A stretch of DNA of 64,000 nt from assembly GCA_964351855.1 (NCBI GenBank), contig CAYGQD010000008.1, forward strand, positions 5,937-69,936. Reading direction: 5' to 3'. The DNA comes from an uncultured Verrucomicrobiales bacterium (GTDB lineage: Bacteria; Verrucomicrobiota; Verrucomicrobiia; Verrucomicrobiales; DEV007). The notes beneath the pieces were generated by a model that was not told the DNA's origin, searched no databases, and saw only the letters and a program-made list of their open reading frames with translations. A program made the translations under genes and the position numbers. This document shows positions 28,185-38,103 of this stretch, piece after piece. Position 1 is the first letter of the stretch, and each line of letters opens with the position of its first letter.

Positions 28185-30728
28185 ATGGCGAAACGAACCC
28201 TTGAGCTTCCGGCCCACGACCCTCATCAAGGCGAACTCCCCAACGGGCTCCAGTATTTAATCAAGGAAGACAGCCGGGCCCCCATCGTTAGTCTCCAGGT
28301 CTGGGTTCGGGTCGGCAGCATCCACGAAAACGAGTGGCTCGGGGCGGGATTATCCCACCTCCTTGAGCACATGCTGTTCAACGGAACGGAGAAGCGCGGC
28401 CCACGCCAAATTTCTGAAGACGTCCAGTCTGCGGGTGCCTACATCAACGCTTACACCTCCTTCGAGCGAACCGTCTACTGGATCGAAACCCCTCCCGAGG
28501 AAACGCAGACGTGCCTGGAAATTCTGGGCGATATGGTGCTGAGCTCCACCCTGCCGGAGGAAGAGTTTATCAAGGAGTTGGACGTGATTCGCCGCGAAAT
28601 GGCCATGGGCGATGACAATCCGGGCTCGGTTGTGAGCAAACTGATGTTTTCAACGGCGTTTCAATCTCACCCGGTCCGCCATCCGGTGATTGGACATCGC
28701 GAGGTTTTCGATCAGGTGACGCATGAGGATTTGGTCAAGTTCTACAAGCATCACTACGTCCCCAATAACCTGTTCCTGGTCATCTCCGGGCCGGTGGAGG
28801 TGAAGGCGATGACGAAAGAAATCACCAAGGTTTTTGGTTCGACGCCCCGCGCACCGCTCGCGCCAGTGATCTTACCACCAGAGCCTCGCCAGCAGGGCCG
28901 CCGCGTCCGCCATGCGGAAGGAAGCACCCAGCATACTCAATTGCGCCTGATTTGGCAGGGTCCTCGCGTGACCGATCCGGATACCGGCCCGTTGGATCTG
29001 TTCTCCAGCATTTTGGGAAGCGGTCGCAGCTCCCGCCTCTATCGGAAACTCCGTGAGGAGATGGGCCTGGTTTACACGGTCGCCTCGTTTGTTTATTCCA
29101 TGAATGACACCGGCCTCTTCGTCATCGGTGCCGAGGTCGATGTGGACAAGCGCGACGATGCGGAAGCCGCTATCTTGGAGACGTTGACAGAAATCCTGGA
29201 AGAAGGCATCACCGAAGCAGAATTGAGCAAAGCGCTGAAAATGGCGCTCGGCGAAGCCCTTGATGCCCTGACCACCACTCGGGGAATCGCCAGCGACATT
29301 GGCTCGAGCTGGATTCTGACCGGAAACGCCGAGTTTACCCAGGATTACATTCGCAATCTCCAGCGGACCACAGTCGAAACCATCAATCAAGTGGCGCGGA
29401 AATGGGTCCAGCCCGATCATTTGACGGTGGTTTCCCTCAATCCGGAAGGGAGTCTGGCGAAACGGAAAAAACGCCGCGTTCGGAAGTCGGATGGGGAAAC
29501 GGAACGGATCGTTCTTGAGAACGGATTGACCTTGTTGGTCTGCCCGGATCGCCGACTACCCCTCGTCACCTCACACATCGCCCTGCGGGGTGGATTGCTG
29601 GCTGAACCGAGGGATCGCCCCGGCATGACGCGACTTTTCGCCAAGCTTCTGACCCGCGACACCGAATCTCGTCCTGCTGCGGTGGTGGCCGAAACCATTG
29701 AAAGCGCTGGAGGAGAATTCACCGGCTTTTCCGGCTTCAACAGCTTTGGACTCAGCGCGGAACTGATGGCACCCGATTGGAAACTAGGGTTGGACGTCCT
29801 CGGCAAAGCACTGACCGAGCCGACCTTTCTCAGTGAAACCGTCAATCGCGAACGCGAGGTGCAGATCGCCGGAATCAAATCCGAACTGGATCGTCCGATG
29901 ACGATCGCCGCCAAGCGCATGCGCGAAGCCCTGTTCGCAGGCCATGCCTACGAAACGCCACTTTCGGGAACAGAAGAAAGCGTACAAGCCATCACCCTTG
30001 AAGAACTCACCCGGTTTCACGCTGAGAACGTTCTCGCGAAGAACGGTGTGCTGGCCGTTTACGGTGATATCGAGACCAACCAAGTCCGTGATTCCGTCGA
30101 AGATCTGTTGAGTCAGCTTCCCTCCGGGGAACGCCGTTTTACCGAGGTCGAACCCGTTCCGACCTTTGCAAAGACCGAGCGGATTGATGATACCGCTCAG
30201 GAGAAACAGCAGACCATCGTTATCATCGCCTACCCCACCGCCGGGATTTTTTCCGATGATCTGCTCACGTTGGAGCTGATCGATGACGCTTGTAGCGACA
30301 TGAGTTCTCGCCTCTATCGCAAAATTCGCGAAGAACTAGGAGCCGCTTACATGGTGGGAACCAGCCGCGTCCTCGGGTTTGCTGGCGGCTGCTTCTATTT
30401 CTACACCGCTACCTCTCCGGAGCAGGCAGATGCAGTGGAAGCCGGTCTCTACCACGAAATCACCCACCTTGCGAAACACGGGATCGATCCTGAAGAATTA
30501 GCCAGGGCGAAACGCTCCTGGCAAGGCAGCCATAAAAACCGGCTCCAGAGCCTGGCTAGCTGCGCCCGGACTCACGCCATGGATGAGCTCTACAACTTTG
30601 GCTGGGACCAATCCTCGAAAACGCCCAAGATGATGGACCAGATCAATGATGCTCAAGTGAAAGACGTCGCTGAGCGCCACTTTCTGGACCAGCCGCATGT
30701 GATTGTCCGCCTCGGGCCAGAGGATTGA
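28185..30728 (+). CDS. tandem M16 (pitrilysin/insulinase) family zinc peptidase
   Basis: ORF 27993..30728 trimmed to the ATG at 28185. Inverted zinc motif HLLEHMLF (HxxEH) in the first unit. A second, motif-less M16 unit follows. Confidence 0.85.
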   Translation: MAKRTLELPAHDPHQGELPNGLQYLIKEDSRAPIVSLQVWVRVGSIHENEWLGAGLSHLLEHMLFNGTEKRGPRQISEDVQSAGAYINAYTSFERTVYWIETPPEETQTCLEILGDMVLSSTLPEEEFIKELDVIRREMAMGDDNPGSVVSKLMFSTAFQSHPVRHPVIGHREVFDQVTHEDLVKFYKHHYVPNNLFLVISGPVEVKAMTKEITKVFGSTPRAPLAPVILPPEPRQQGRRVRHAEGSTQHTQLRLIWQGPRVTDPDTGPLDLFSSILGSGRSSRLYRKLREEMGLVYTVASFVYSMNDTGLFVIGAEVDVDKRDDAEAAILETLTEILEEGITEAELSKALKMALGEALDALTTTRGIASDIGSSWILTGNAEFTQDYIRNLQRTTVETINQVARKWVQPDHLTVVSLNPEGSLAKRKKRRVRKSDGETERIVLENGLTLLVCPDRRLPLVTSHIALRGGLLAEPRDRPGMTRLFAKLLTRDTESRPAAVVAETIESAGGEFTGFSGFNSFGLSAELMAPDWKLGLDVLGKALTEPTFLSETVNREREVQIAGIKSELDRPMTIAAKRMREALFAGHAYETPLSGTEESVQAITLEELTRFHAENVLAKNGVLAVYGDIETNQVRDSVEDLLSQLPSGERRFTEVEPVPTFAKTERIDDTAQEKQQTIVIIAYPTAGIFSDDLLTLELIDDACSDMSSRLYRKIREELGAAYMVGTSRVLGFAGGCFYFYTATSPEQADAVEAGLYHEITHLAKHGIDPEELARAKRSWQGSHKNRLQSLASCARTHAMDELYNFGWDQSSKTPKMMDQINDAQVKDVAERHFLDQPHVIVRLGPED

Positions 30729-30762
30729 AAGGACTCGCTCTAATCTCACGTAGTTGAGGCGA

Positions 30763-31425
30763 ATGAAGTTCCTTCTGCGACATGGGTTGAAGATCGGAAT
30801 CGGTGGCATCTTCGCCATCGCGGTCCTCATTTTCACGGCTCATCAGACCGTTGAAACCGCCGCGAAAGGCCGACTTCATGATCGGATCGAGGACGTGCCA
30901 CGCCGAAAGGCCGCCCTTGTCCTCGGTTGCGCGAAACAGCTCACCAACGGTAATCGGAACACCTTCTTCAGTTACCGGATAAGCGCCGCTGCGGAACTCT
31001 ACCGGAACGGAAAATGCCAGTTCCTCATTGTCAGTGGAGACAATAGCCGCAAATCCTACGATGAACCGACCGACATGCGAGACGCGCTCATCGCATTGGG
31101 AGTGCCTCCAGATCGCATCTATCGGGACTACGCGGGATTTAGCACCCTCGAATCCATCGTCCGCGCCAAGGAGATTTTCGGCCAGGACGACTTCATTGTG
31201 ATTTCTCAATCGTTTCATGCCAAACGGGGGCTCTTTATTGCCGGAAAACGGGATTGCCCCAATTCGATTGGTTTCATCGCCCGGCAGGTCACCTCTCGGC
31301 GCGCCTTGAAAACGCGGCTTCGCGAATATCTTGCGCGAGTCAAAACGGTTCTGGATATTTTTGTGCTGAAGACTGAGCCTCGTTTTCTCGGGGAAAAGGT
31401 CGTTTTGGGCGGGCCCGTGACCTGA
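30763..31425 (+). CDS. SanA/YdcF (DUF218) family protein
   Basis: N-terminal TM, then LVLGC...NG and FLIVSGDN...YDEP...M segments typical of SanA/ElyC/YdcF. Start moved to the ATG at 30763. Confidence 0.7.
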   Translation: MKFLLRHGLKIGIGGIFAIAVLIFTAHQTVETAAKGRLHDRIEDVPRRKAALVLGCAKQLTNGNRNTFFSYRISAAAELYRNGKCQFLIVSGDNSRKSYDEPTDMRDALIALGVPPDRIYRDYAGFSTLESIVRAKEIFGQDDFIVISQSFHAKRGLFIAGKRDCPNSIGFIARQVTSRRALKTRLREYLARVKTVLDIFVLKTEPRFLGEKVVLGGPVT

Positions 31426-31520
31426 TCGAAAATCGGATGCTTTTTCGAAAGTATTTTTTCAGGGATGAAAGAGCTCGGAACGGGCCATCGTGCTTAATGG
31501 TTATAAAGCCCTTACGCCCT

Positions 31521-33674
31521 ATGAAAGCTATCCTCGTTTCTACGCTCTGTTTCATCAGTTTAGGAACGCTCTTGGCAGGAACCGAGTCCCCCTCTGCCTC
31601 CATTGATCGGATCCTGGAAAAGTCATGGAAGGAGGCTGGGGTGGAGGGAAACCCCATGGCGGGCGACGAAGTCTTTCTCCGGCGGATCTATCTGGACGCC
31701 ATCGGGCGCATCCCTACCTACGAAGAATCCAGCCGCTTCCTCGCCTCGGACGATCCCGATAAACGTGCTCAACTGATCGACGAACTGCTGGAGAGCGAAG
31801 GCTACGTCAATCACTTCTTCAATTTCTGGGCAGACATCCTTCGCATTAACACCCAACAAGGGGGCGGCCAAAACATCACCCCTTACTACGTGGAGTTTGT
31901 CCGCGACGCGCTTGCCGAAAACATGCCTTATGACCAGTTCGTCAGGAGTTTGATCACGGCAGAAGGCCAGGCTTGGGACAATGGAGCCATCGGCTACACG
32001 TATCGGGACCGCGGCATGCCGTTGGATCACATGGCCAATACCGTCCGGATTTTCCTGGGCACTCGGATGGAGTGTGCTCAGTGCCACAATCACCCGTTCG
32101 ATAAATGGACTCAGATGGATTTCTTCCACATGGCCGCCTTCAGCTACGGCATGGACGCCAATGGGCGCGGCTATCAGAAAGAACTCCAAGAGGCCCAGCG
32201 CTCCATCCAGCGCATGGAAATGGACCGCAAGGAAAAGCAAAACCTGCAGCGCGCGTTTCAGGAAGTGACTCGTCCCATCCGGAACAATAACATGGTGGCC
32301 TACGATCCCAATCGCCTTCCTCAATTGCCCCACGATTACCAATACGACGACGCCGAACCCAAGCAAAAAATTGAGCCTGCGGCGATGTTCGGAACCCCCA
32401 TCACGGTGGAAAGCCCTGGAGCGCGTGTCGATTCCTACGCACAGTGGATGACGTCACCCGAAAACCCGCGCTTCACGACGGTGATCGCGAACCGGCTCTG
32501 GAAAGAAGCGATGGGAATCGGATTGATCGAACCAGTTGATGAAATCATGGATTCCACCGTCCCCTCAAATGTGGAACTCATGAACTTCCTGGAGGATCAC
32601 CTGATCGAACGTGGCTACGACATGAAGGCGTTTCTCCGGGCCATCTACCATTCCAAGGCCTACCAACGGGAGGCCCAAACGAAGGAAGTCATGTTGGGAG
32701 AGAAATTTCACTTCACGGGTCCCATCCTCCGGAGAATGACCGCTGAGCAAATCTGGGATTCGGTCGTGTCTCTGGTCAATCCGCTTCCGGATTCCAGCGA
32801 CTGGAAAAGGGCTCAAGAATTTGAGCTGCGTCTCGCCCATCAGCAAACCATGAGTGAAGTGATCGGCGGCTACAACCCGGAGGACATGCTGAAGTTCGCG
32901 AAAAAAATTGCCAACTATCAAACAGAGCTCAATCAGAAGCGGGATCAAATTACCAAAGAGCTGACCCAGGCTCGCAAGGACAAAGATCAAGAGAAGGTTA
33001 AAGAACTCTCCCGCGAGTCCAATCGCCTCCAGACTCAGCTTCGCCAGAAAGTGCACGAAATGGTCTATGAACCAGCGCTGAGAAAAGCGGATTTTAAACT
33101 GGTTTCCCTGACGATGCCAGATGGGAAAGATCAAGAGATGAATCCGTCCAAAGTCTTTGACTCCAACGGTCGGGCGACGAACGAGCTGCGCAAGCTCCAG
33201 ACCGAAATCGAAACGGCAATGTTCGAAGCGGAAATGAACGAGCTGGGCATCACAGAAAGTTCCGATCAGCGCAATTATCTCAGCTTTCGTCGCAATTCCA
33301 GCCGGATGCTTCGAGCCGCCCACATCAGCTCCCCGGCTCCCAATGGCCATTTTTTGCGCGAATTTGGCCAGAGTGATCGCGAAACGATCGAGAACGCCAA
33401 CGACGAAGCATCTGTTCCCCAAGCTCTCCACTTGCTCAATGGCAGCACGTTCCCCCAAATTTCCGGCAGTAATTCCGTGCTCTATCGCAATGTGAGTTCC
33501 AAGGAATCAATCGACGAAAAACTGGATGTCATCTTCCGCAGTTTGCTGAGTCGCTCTCCGACTCCAGAGGAATTGAATCTCCTCCGTTCCGCCAGTGAGG
33601 CGCGGGGTGACGACATCTATCGCGATACCGTCTTTGCCCTCCTCAATTCGCAAGAGTTTCTCTTTGTTCAATAA
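31521..33674 (+). CDS. DUF1549/DUF1553 domain protein (PVC-typical)
   Basis: Signal peptide from the ATG at 31521. RRIYLDAIGRIPT (DUF1549) and CAQCHNHPFDKW (DUF1553) hallmarks. Paired with DUF1501 downstream. Confidence 0.8.
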   Translation: MKAILVSTLCFISLGTLLAGTESPSASIDRILEKSWKEAGVEGNPMAGDEVFLRRIYLDAIGRIPTYEESSRFLASDDPDKRAQLIDELLESEGYVNHFFNFWADILRINTQQGGGQNITPYYVEFVRDALAENMPYDQFVRSLITAEGQAWDNGAIGYTYRDRGMPLDHMANTVRIFLGTRMECAQCHNHPFDKWTQMDFFHMAAFSYGMDANGRGYQKELQEAQRSIQRMEMDRKEKQNLQRAFQEVTRPIRNNNMVAYDPNRLPQLPHDYQYDDAEPKQKIEPAAMFGTPITVESPGARVDSYAQWMTSPENPRFTTVIANRLWKEAMGIGLIEPVDEIMDSTVPSNVELMNFLEDHLIERGYDMKAFLRAIYHSKAYQREAQTKEVMLGEKFHFTGPILRRMTAEQIWDSVVSLVNPLPDSSDWKRAQEFELRLAHQQTMSEVIGGYNPEDMLKFAKKIANYQTELNQKRDQITKELTQARKDKDQEKVKELSRESNRLQTQLRQKVHEMVYEPALRKADFKLVSLTMPDGKDQEMNPSKVFDSNGRATNELRKLQTEIETAMFEAEMNELGITESSDQRNYLSFRRNSSRMLRAAHISSPAPNGHFLREFGQSDRETIENANDEASVPQALHLLNGSTFPQISGSNSVLYRNVSSKESIDEKLDVIFRSLLSRSPTPEELNLLRSASEARGDDIYRDTVFALLNSQEFLFVQ

Positions 33675-33696
33675 CCCAATCCATTCTGACCGTTCG

Positions 33697-34986
33697 ATGA
33701 AAAACCTTCTGAATCAATCATCCGAGCAAACTCGGAGACGTTTCGTGACCAACGCGGCGAGCACCTTCCTCGGAGTAGGACTCACTCCGATGTTCAGTAG
33801 CCGGGTCATGGGAGCCGGCGAAAACGCCAGCCAGCTTCACCAGATTCAAACAGCGAAGCGTGTGATCTACCTTTACATGAATGGAGGGATGACCCATCTG
33901 GATACCTTCGACCTCAAGCAGGGCCACGAAAACCAGGGGCCGGTCAAAGCGATCGATACGACGGGCGACTACCAAATCTCCGAGTATTTGCCCAACTTGG
34001 CCAAGCACGGCGATAAGATGGCGGTCATCAACTCGATGATGTCGAAGACCGGTGCCCACCAGCAGGGAAATTACCTCGCCCACACCTCTTATGAGATGCG
34101 CGGCACCATCAAGCACCCAGCCATGGGTTCCTGGTTGCTCACCTTTCAGGATCGCCTCAACCCTACCCTTCCCGGGAATGTCGTGATCGGCGGGGGCAGT
34201 CGTCACCCCGGCGCTGGATTTTTCCCGGCCAAGGTCGGGCCGCTGATGATCGGAGCACCGGATCGTGGACTTCAAAACGTGAAAGCGAAAATGGAGCAAG
34301 ACGACTTTGAGTTCCGAGTGGGCTTGAGCAAGCAACTCGGCCAACAGTTCGCGTCCCGTTATGATTACAAAGCCGTCAACAGCTACAGTGAGATGTATGA
34401 CGACGCCATGAAGCTGATGAAGAGCGAAGACCTTGAAGCGTTTGATCTTTCGAACGAGCCGGAATCCGTTCGCAAAATGTATGGCGAAGACAACTTCGGC
34501 AAAGGCTGCCTCCTGGCGCGTCGATTAGTCGAAAACGACGTTCGCTTTGTCGAAGTCAGCCTCGGCGGCTGGGATACCCACCAAAGCAACTTCAATCGCG
34601 TTCCCGAGCGCTGCGAAATTCTCGATCGCGGCATGTCAGCATTGATCAGTGACTTGGAGTTGCGCGGCTTGCTCGACGATACGCTCATCGTTTTGGCCAC
34701 GGAATTCGGTCGCACGCCTCGCATCAATCAGAACGTCGGTCGTGACCACTACCCGAAAGCGTTTTCTGCGGTCTTGGCGGGCGGCGGAATCGTCGGAGGC
34801 CAGAAATTCGGAAAATCGGACGAAGGGGGTGAGACGGTGGTTGAAGACGCCGTCGAACATGCCGACCTCAACGCCACAATCGCCTACGGCCTCGGCATTC
34901 CTCTGAATCACGTGCTTTACAGTCCCAGCAAGCGGCCCTTCACGGTCTCCCAAAACGGTAAACCGATTACGAAGCTGTTTACCTAG
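33697..34986 (+). CDS. DUF1501 (sulfatase-fold) protein with Tat signal
   Basis: Twin-arginine motif TRRRFV, and typical MNGGMTHLDTFD and GRDHYP segments. Start set at the ATG at 33697. Confidence 0.85.
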   Translation: MKNLLNQSSEQTRRRFVTNAASTFLGVGLTPMFSSRVMGAGENASQLHQIQTAKRVIYLYMNGGMTHLDTFDLKQGHENQGPVKAIDTTGDYQISEYLPNLAKHGDKMAVINSMMSKTGAHQQGNYLAHTSYEMRGTIKHPAMGSWLLTFQDRLNPTLPGNVVIGGGSRHPGAGFFPAKVGPLMIGAPDRGLQNVKAKMEQDDFEFRVGLSKQLGQQFASRYDYKAVNSYSEMYDDAMKLMKSEDLEAFDLSNEPESVRKMYGEDNFGKGCLLARRLVENDVRFVEVSLGGWDTHQSNFNRVPERCEILDRGMSALISDLELRGLLDDTLIVLATEFGRTPRINQNVGRDHYPKAFSAVLAGGGIVGGQKFGKSDEGGETVVEDAVEHADLNATIAYGLGIPLNHVLYSPSKRPFTVSQNGKPITKLFT

Positions 34987-35003
34987 GTTTCAAAACGCAT
35001 TTT

Positions 35004-35046
35004 AAACCCCAACGTTAAAAAAACCCCAACGTTAAAAAACCCCATC
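35004..35046. repeat. 17-bp tandem repeat (2 perfect copies + partial third)
   Basis: aaaccccaacgttaaaa at 35004..35020 and 35021..35037, then aaccccat. Located between the DUF1501 stop and the terminator. Confidence 0.8.
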
Positions 35047-35059
35047 CTACCTCGGTAGG

Positions 35060-35094
35060 GCGCCTCTGAGTTCGGCTCAGGGGCGCTTTTTTTT
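35060..35094 (+). terminator. rho-independent terminator
   Basis: gcgcctctgag-ttcgg-ctcaggggcgc stem (one G-U pair) followed by eight T. Confidence 0.7.
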
Positions 35095-35144
35095 GCTCAG
35101 TCCCAAGGAACCGAAATCCGATCCGGAGATCTCTGATTCCCTTC

Positions 35145-35172
35145 TTGACGTAAGATTAGCCCTCCTTATGGT
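35145..35172 (+). promoter_or_regulatory. possible sigma-70-type promoter of sucC
   Basis: TTGACG (35145..35150), a 16-nt spacer, then TATGGT (35167..35172), ending 25 nt before the sucC ATG. The promoter consensus for this lineage is not known to me. Confidence 0.25.
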
Positions 35173-35197
35173 TCGCTTTCTTCCCTTACCCTAACCG

Positions 35198-36382
35198 ATG
35201 AACATTCACGAATACCAAGCCAAAGAGCTTTTCGACCAATTTAACGTCGCCAGTCCTCGCGGAAAAGTTGCCAGCACGGCGGAAGAAGCTCGCAAAGCGG
35301 CCGAAGAATTGGGGGGAGACGGTCTTGTCGTGAAGGCTCAAGTCCACGCAGGCGGACGCGGGAAAGGCACCTTCAAAAACGGGTTTCAAGGGGGTGTTCA
35401 CCTTTGCTCTTCCCCTGCCGATGTGGAGGAAAAAGCTTCCCAGATGCTCGGCCAGGTTTTGGTTACTCATCAGACTGGGGAAGAAGGAAAACTCGTCCGC
35501 AAAGTCCTTGTGGCTGACTCCGTTGATATCGCCAATGAGCTGTATTTCGCCATTCTGATGGATCGGGAATCAGAAGGTCCAGTCATCATCGCCAGCGAAG
35601 AAGGTGGCGTAAACATCGAGGAAGTCGCGGAAACCACCCCCGAGAAAATCCTTCGGGAACCCGTCCATCCCTTGCTTGGATTGCAGCCTTATCAAACGCG
35701 GAAGCTAGCTGCCTTCCTGGGATTGAAAGGCGACCAGGCCAAGGCCGCCGGGAAGCTCTTTGTTGCGCTCTACACCCTCTTCATCGAACGCGATTGCTCA
35801 CTCGTGGAGGTTAATCCTCTCGTGGTGACGACAGACGGTCAGGTATTGGCTCTCGATGCCAAATTCAATTTTGATGATAACGCACTCTATCGCCACCCTG
35901 ACATCGCCGCGATGCGCGATCCCGAAGAAGAAGATCCCCGCGAAGTTGCAGCTTCCGAGTTTGATCTTAATTACATCGGTTTAGACGGAAACATCGCTTG
36001 CTTGGTGAATGGAGCCGGATTGGCAATGGCCACGATGGACATCATCAAACACTACGGTGGAGAGCCGGCCAACTTCCTCGACGTAGGTGGTGGCGCGACC
36101 CAAGAGCAGGTCCGCAACGCTTTCAAAATCATTTTGAGCGATCCGAACGTGAAAGGTCTTCTCGTCAACATCTTCGGTGGGATCATGGACTGCGATGTGA
36201 TCGCGAAAGGCATCGTTGCCGCCTGTGAAGAAGTCGATTTGAGCCTTCCTCTAGTCGTTCGTCTGGAAGGAAATAACGTCGCTGCCGGCAAAGCGACCCT
36301 GGCCGCTTCAAACGTGAAATTGATTACGGGAGATGATTTGGCCGATGCTGCCGAGAAGGTGGTGAAAGCGATTGCCGCCTAA
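35198..36382 (+). CDS. sucC: succinyl-CoA synthetase beta subunit (ADP-forming)
   Basis: [12 protein letters not shown] start, ATP-grasp domain, GLAMATMD and NIFGGI motifs. Confidence 0.95.
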   Translation: MNIHEYQAKELFDQFNVASPRGKVASTAEEARKAAEELGGDGLVVKAQVHAGGRGKGTFKNGFQGGVHLCSSPADVEEKASQMLGQVLVTHQTGEEGKLVRKVLVADSVDIANELYFAILMDRESEGPVIIASEEGGVNIEEVAETTPEKILREPVHPLLGLQPYQTRKLAAFLGLKGDQAKAAGKLFVALYTLFIERDCSLVEVNPLVVTTDGQVLALDAKFNFDDNALYRHPDIAAMRDPEEEDPREVAASEFDLNYIGLDGNIACLVNGAGLAMATMDIIKHYGGEPANFLDVGGGATQEQVRNAFKIILSDPNVKGLLVNIFGGIMDCDVIAKGIVAACEEVDLSLPLVVRLEGNNVAAGKATLAASNVKLITGDDLADAAEKVVKAIAA

Positions 36383-36402
36383 ACAGCTGGACGTTTGGAA
36401 GG

Positions 36403-36951
36403 ATGAGCGACGACCATCACGACTTTGTCTTGAAATTCGACCGGCGCTACAGCATGGCGCACCGGTTGAACTCTGGTGCCGCTCCCAATTGCCAAGTTCC
36501 TCATGGTCATGACGAGGTGGTCTGCGTCGAGATCGTTGATAAAGCGAATCGAGGGCTCAATCAGGATACCAACATGCTGGTGGAGTTTTCCCAAGTGAAA
36601 GGAAGATGGTTCGAGTGGGTGGATCGCAAACTCGACCACAGTTTCCATCTCGGAGCCAAGGATCCGCTCATCGCCTATTTCCAGGACAACGAACCGCATC
36701 TTCTCGCCCGAATCTTGGTGACCCCGGGAGATCCGACGACTGAGATTCGAGCGGCTTGTTTCGCGGCGAAGCTGAAGGCGTTTCTCGGTCAGGAAAATCC
36801 CGACTATCGCTGCCGGAAACTACGAATTCAGGAAACACCGACGAACGCCGTCGAGTTTTTCCCCGGGAATCGTCCTGCGGTCGCCTCAGGGACGGATTTC
36901 TGGTGGAATCGCCCTGATTTGACCATCAACGACTTGGAGGTCCCCGCCTGA
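36403..36951 (+). CDS. 6-carboxytetrahydropterin / 6-pyruvoyl-tetrahydropterin synthase family protein (QueD/PTPS-like)
   Basis: SMAHRL, CxxxHGH (CQVPHGH), LDHSFHL, PTTEI and IQETPTN segments match the T-fold PTPS/QueD zinc and catalytic positions. Confidence 0.75.
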   Translation: MSDDHHDFVLKFDRRYSMAHRLNSGAAPNCQVPHGHDEVVCVEIVDKANRGLNQDTNMLVEFSQVKGRWFEWVDRKLDHSFHLGAKDPLIAYFQDNEPHLLARILVTPGDPTTEIRAACFAAKLKAFLGQENPDYRCRKLRIQETPTNAVEFFPGNRPAVASGTDFWWNRPDLTINDLEVPA

Positions 36952-36954
36952 CTT

Positions 36955-37104
36955 ATGTCCCGAACCTTCAACATTGATCGCAGAAAATTCCGCAGGCTCG
37001 ATCCCATCATGCCTTTTGGCCACTTTCCTGACTATCGTTTATCCGTGACCGTAAATCCGGGCGGCATTATCCAGCATCCCCATCATCCAGACTTTTCCTT
37101 CTAA
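36955..37104 (+). CDS. unlisted 49-codon ORF filling the gap before sucD (hypothetical)
   Basis: The ATG at 36955 lies 3 nt after the QueD-like stop. The TAA at 37102..37104 lies 5 nt before the sucD ATG. Translation: [49 protein letters not shown]. It is below the 60-aa cutoff of the ORF track. Confidence 0.25.
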   Translation: MSRTFNIDRRKFRRLDPIMPFGHFPDYRLSVTVNPGGIIQHPHHPDFSF

Positions 37105-37109
37105 TTATC

Positions 37110-38003
37110 ATGGCCATCCTCGTCGACGAAAACACGAAAATCCTCATTCAGGGCATCACCGGCTCGTTTGGAGGGAAACATGCACAGCTCAGCCTGGACT
37201 ACGGCACCCAAGTCGCCGCTGGAGTCACTCCCGGTAAAGGCGGCCAAGTATTTGGCGGTTCCGTTCCCATTTTCGATACCGTTGATGAAGCGGTCAAAGA
37301 AACCGGTGCTACCGTATCCGCCATTTTCGTTCCACCACCATTCGCGGGCGACGCCATTCTCGAAGGTGTGGGAGCGGGCCTCGATCTCGTTGTCTGCATC
37401 ACGGAAGGCATTCCCGTGATGGACATGATGAGGGTGAAGGCCGCGATGAAGGGTTCAAAGACCCGACTGATTGGGCCGAACTGTCCGGGCATCGTCACTC
37501 CTGGTCGCGGAGAGAACTCCCACGGCGGTTGTCGCATCGGCATTGCCCCCGGCTATATTCACAAACGCGGCAACGTCGGCATCGTTTCTCGTTCAGGAAC
37601 ACTGACTTATGAAGCTGTTTGGCAAGTTTCCAATCTGGGAATGGGTCAAAGCACCTGCGTCGGGATCGGTGGAGATCCGATCAATGGAACGTCTCATTTG
37701 GACGTGGTAAAAATGTTCAATGACGATCCGGAGACGGAATCGATTATCATGATCGGTGAAATCGGCGGTGACCGTGAAGAAGAAGCGGCCGCCTGGATTA
37801 AGGATCATTGCAAAAAGCCGGTCGCAGGTTTCATCGCCGGAGCCACCGCACCTCCCGGACGAAGAATGGGACACGCCGGAGCGATCATTTCAGGTGGAAA
37901 AGGCACTGCCGAGGCCAAAATTGAGGCCTTTGAAGATGCCGGGATTTCCGTCGCCAAAACGCCATCCGAAATGGGAGCAGCCTTGAAACGCGCCCTGGGA
38001 TAA
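37110..38003 (+). CDS. sucD: succinyl-CoA synthetase alpha subunit
   Basis: [18 protein letters not shown] start, CoA-binding fold, phosphohistidine loop MGHAGAII. Confidence 0.95.
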   Translation: MAILVDENTKILIQGITGSFGGKHAQLSLDYGTQVAAGVTPGKGGQVFGGSVPIFDTVDEAVKETGATVSAIFVPPPFAGDAILEGVGAGLDLVVCITEGIPVMDMMRVKAAMKGSKTRLIGPNCPGIVTPGRGENSHGGCRIGIAPGYIHKRGNVGIVSRSGTLTYEAVWQVSNLGMGQSTCVGIGGDPINGTSHLDVVKMFNDDPETESIIMIGEIGGDREEEAAAWIKDHCKKPVAGFIAGATAPPGRRMGHAGAIISGGKGTAEAKIEAFEDAGISVAKTPSEMGAALKRALG

Positions 38004-38103
38004 TCAGACATTTCCGCTCGACAAGAAAGTGGACGGACCGCGTTTCCGCTCTACATTTGAAACTCTTTTTCCCAATCTATCACCCCCAATTCGCCAAGCT
38101 ACC

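Noticed and set aside
32565-33458. 297-aa minus-strand ORF inside the DUF1549/DUF1553 gene (also 31623..32366)
   Set aside because: It is antisense to a gene with hallmark DUF1553 motifs (CAQCHNHPFDKW) and has no motifs of its own.
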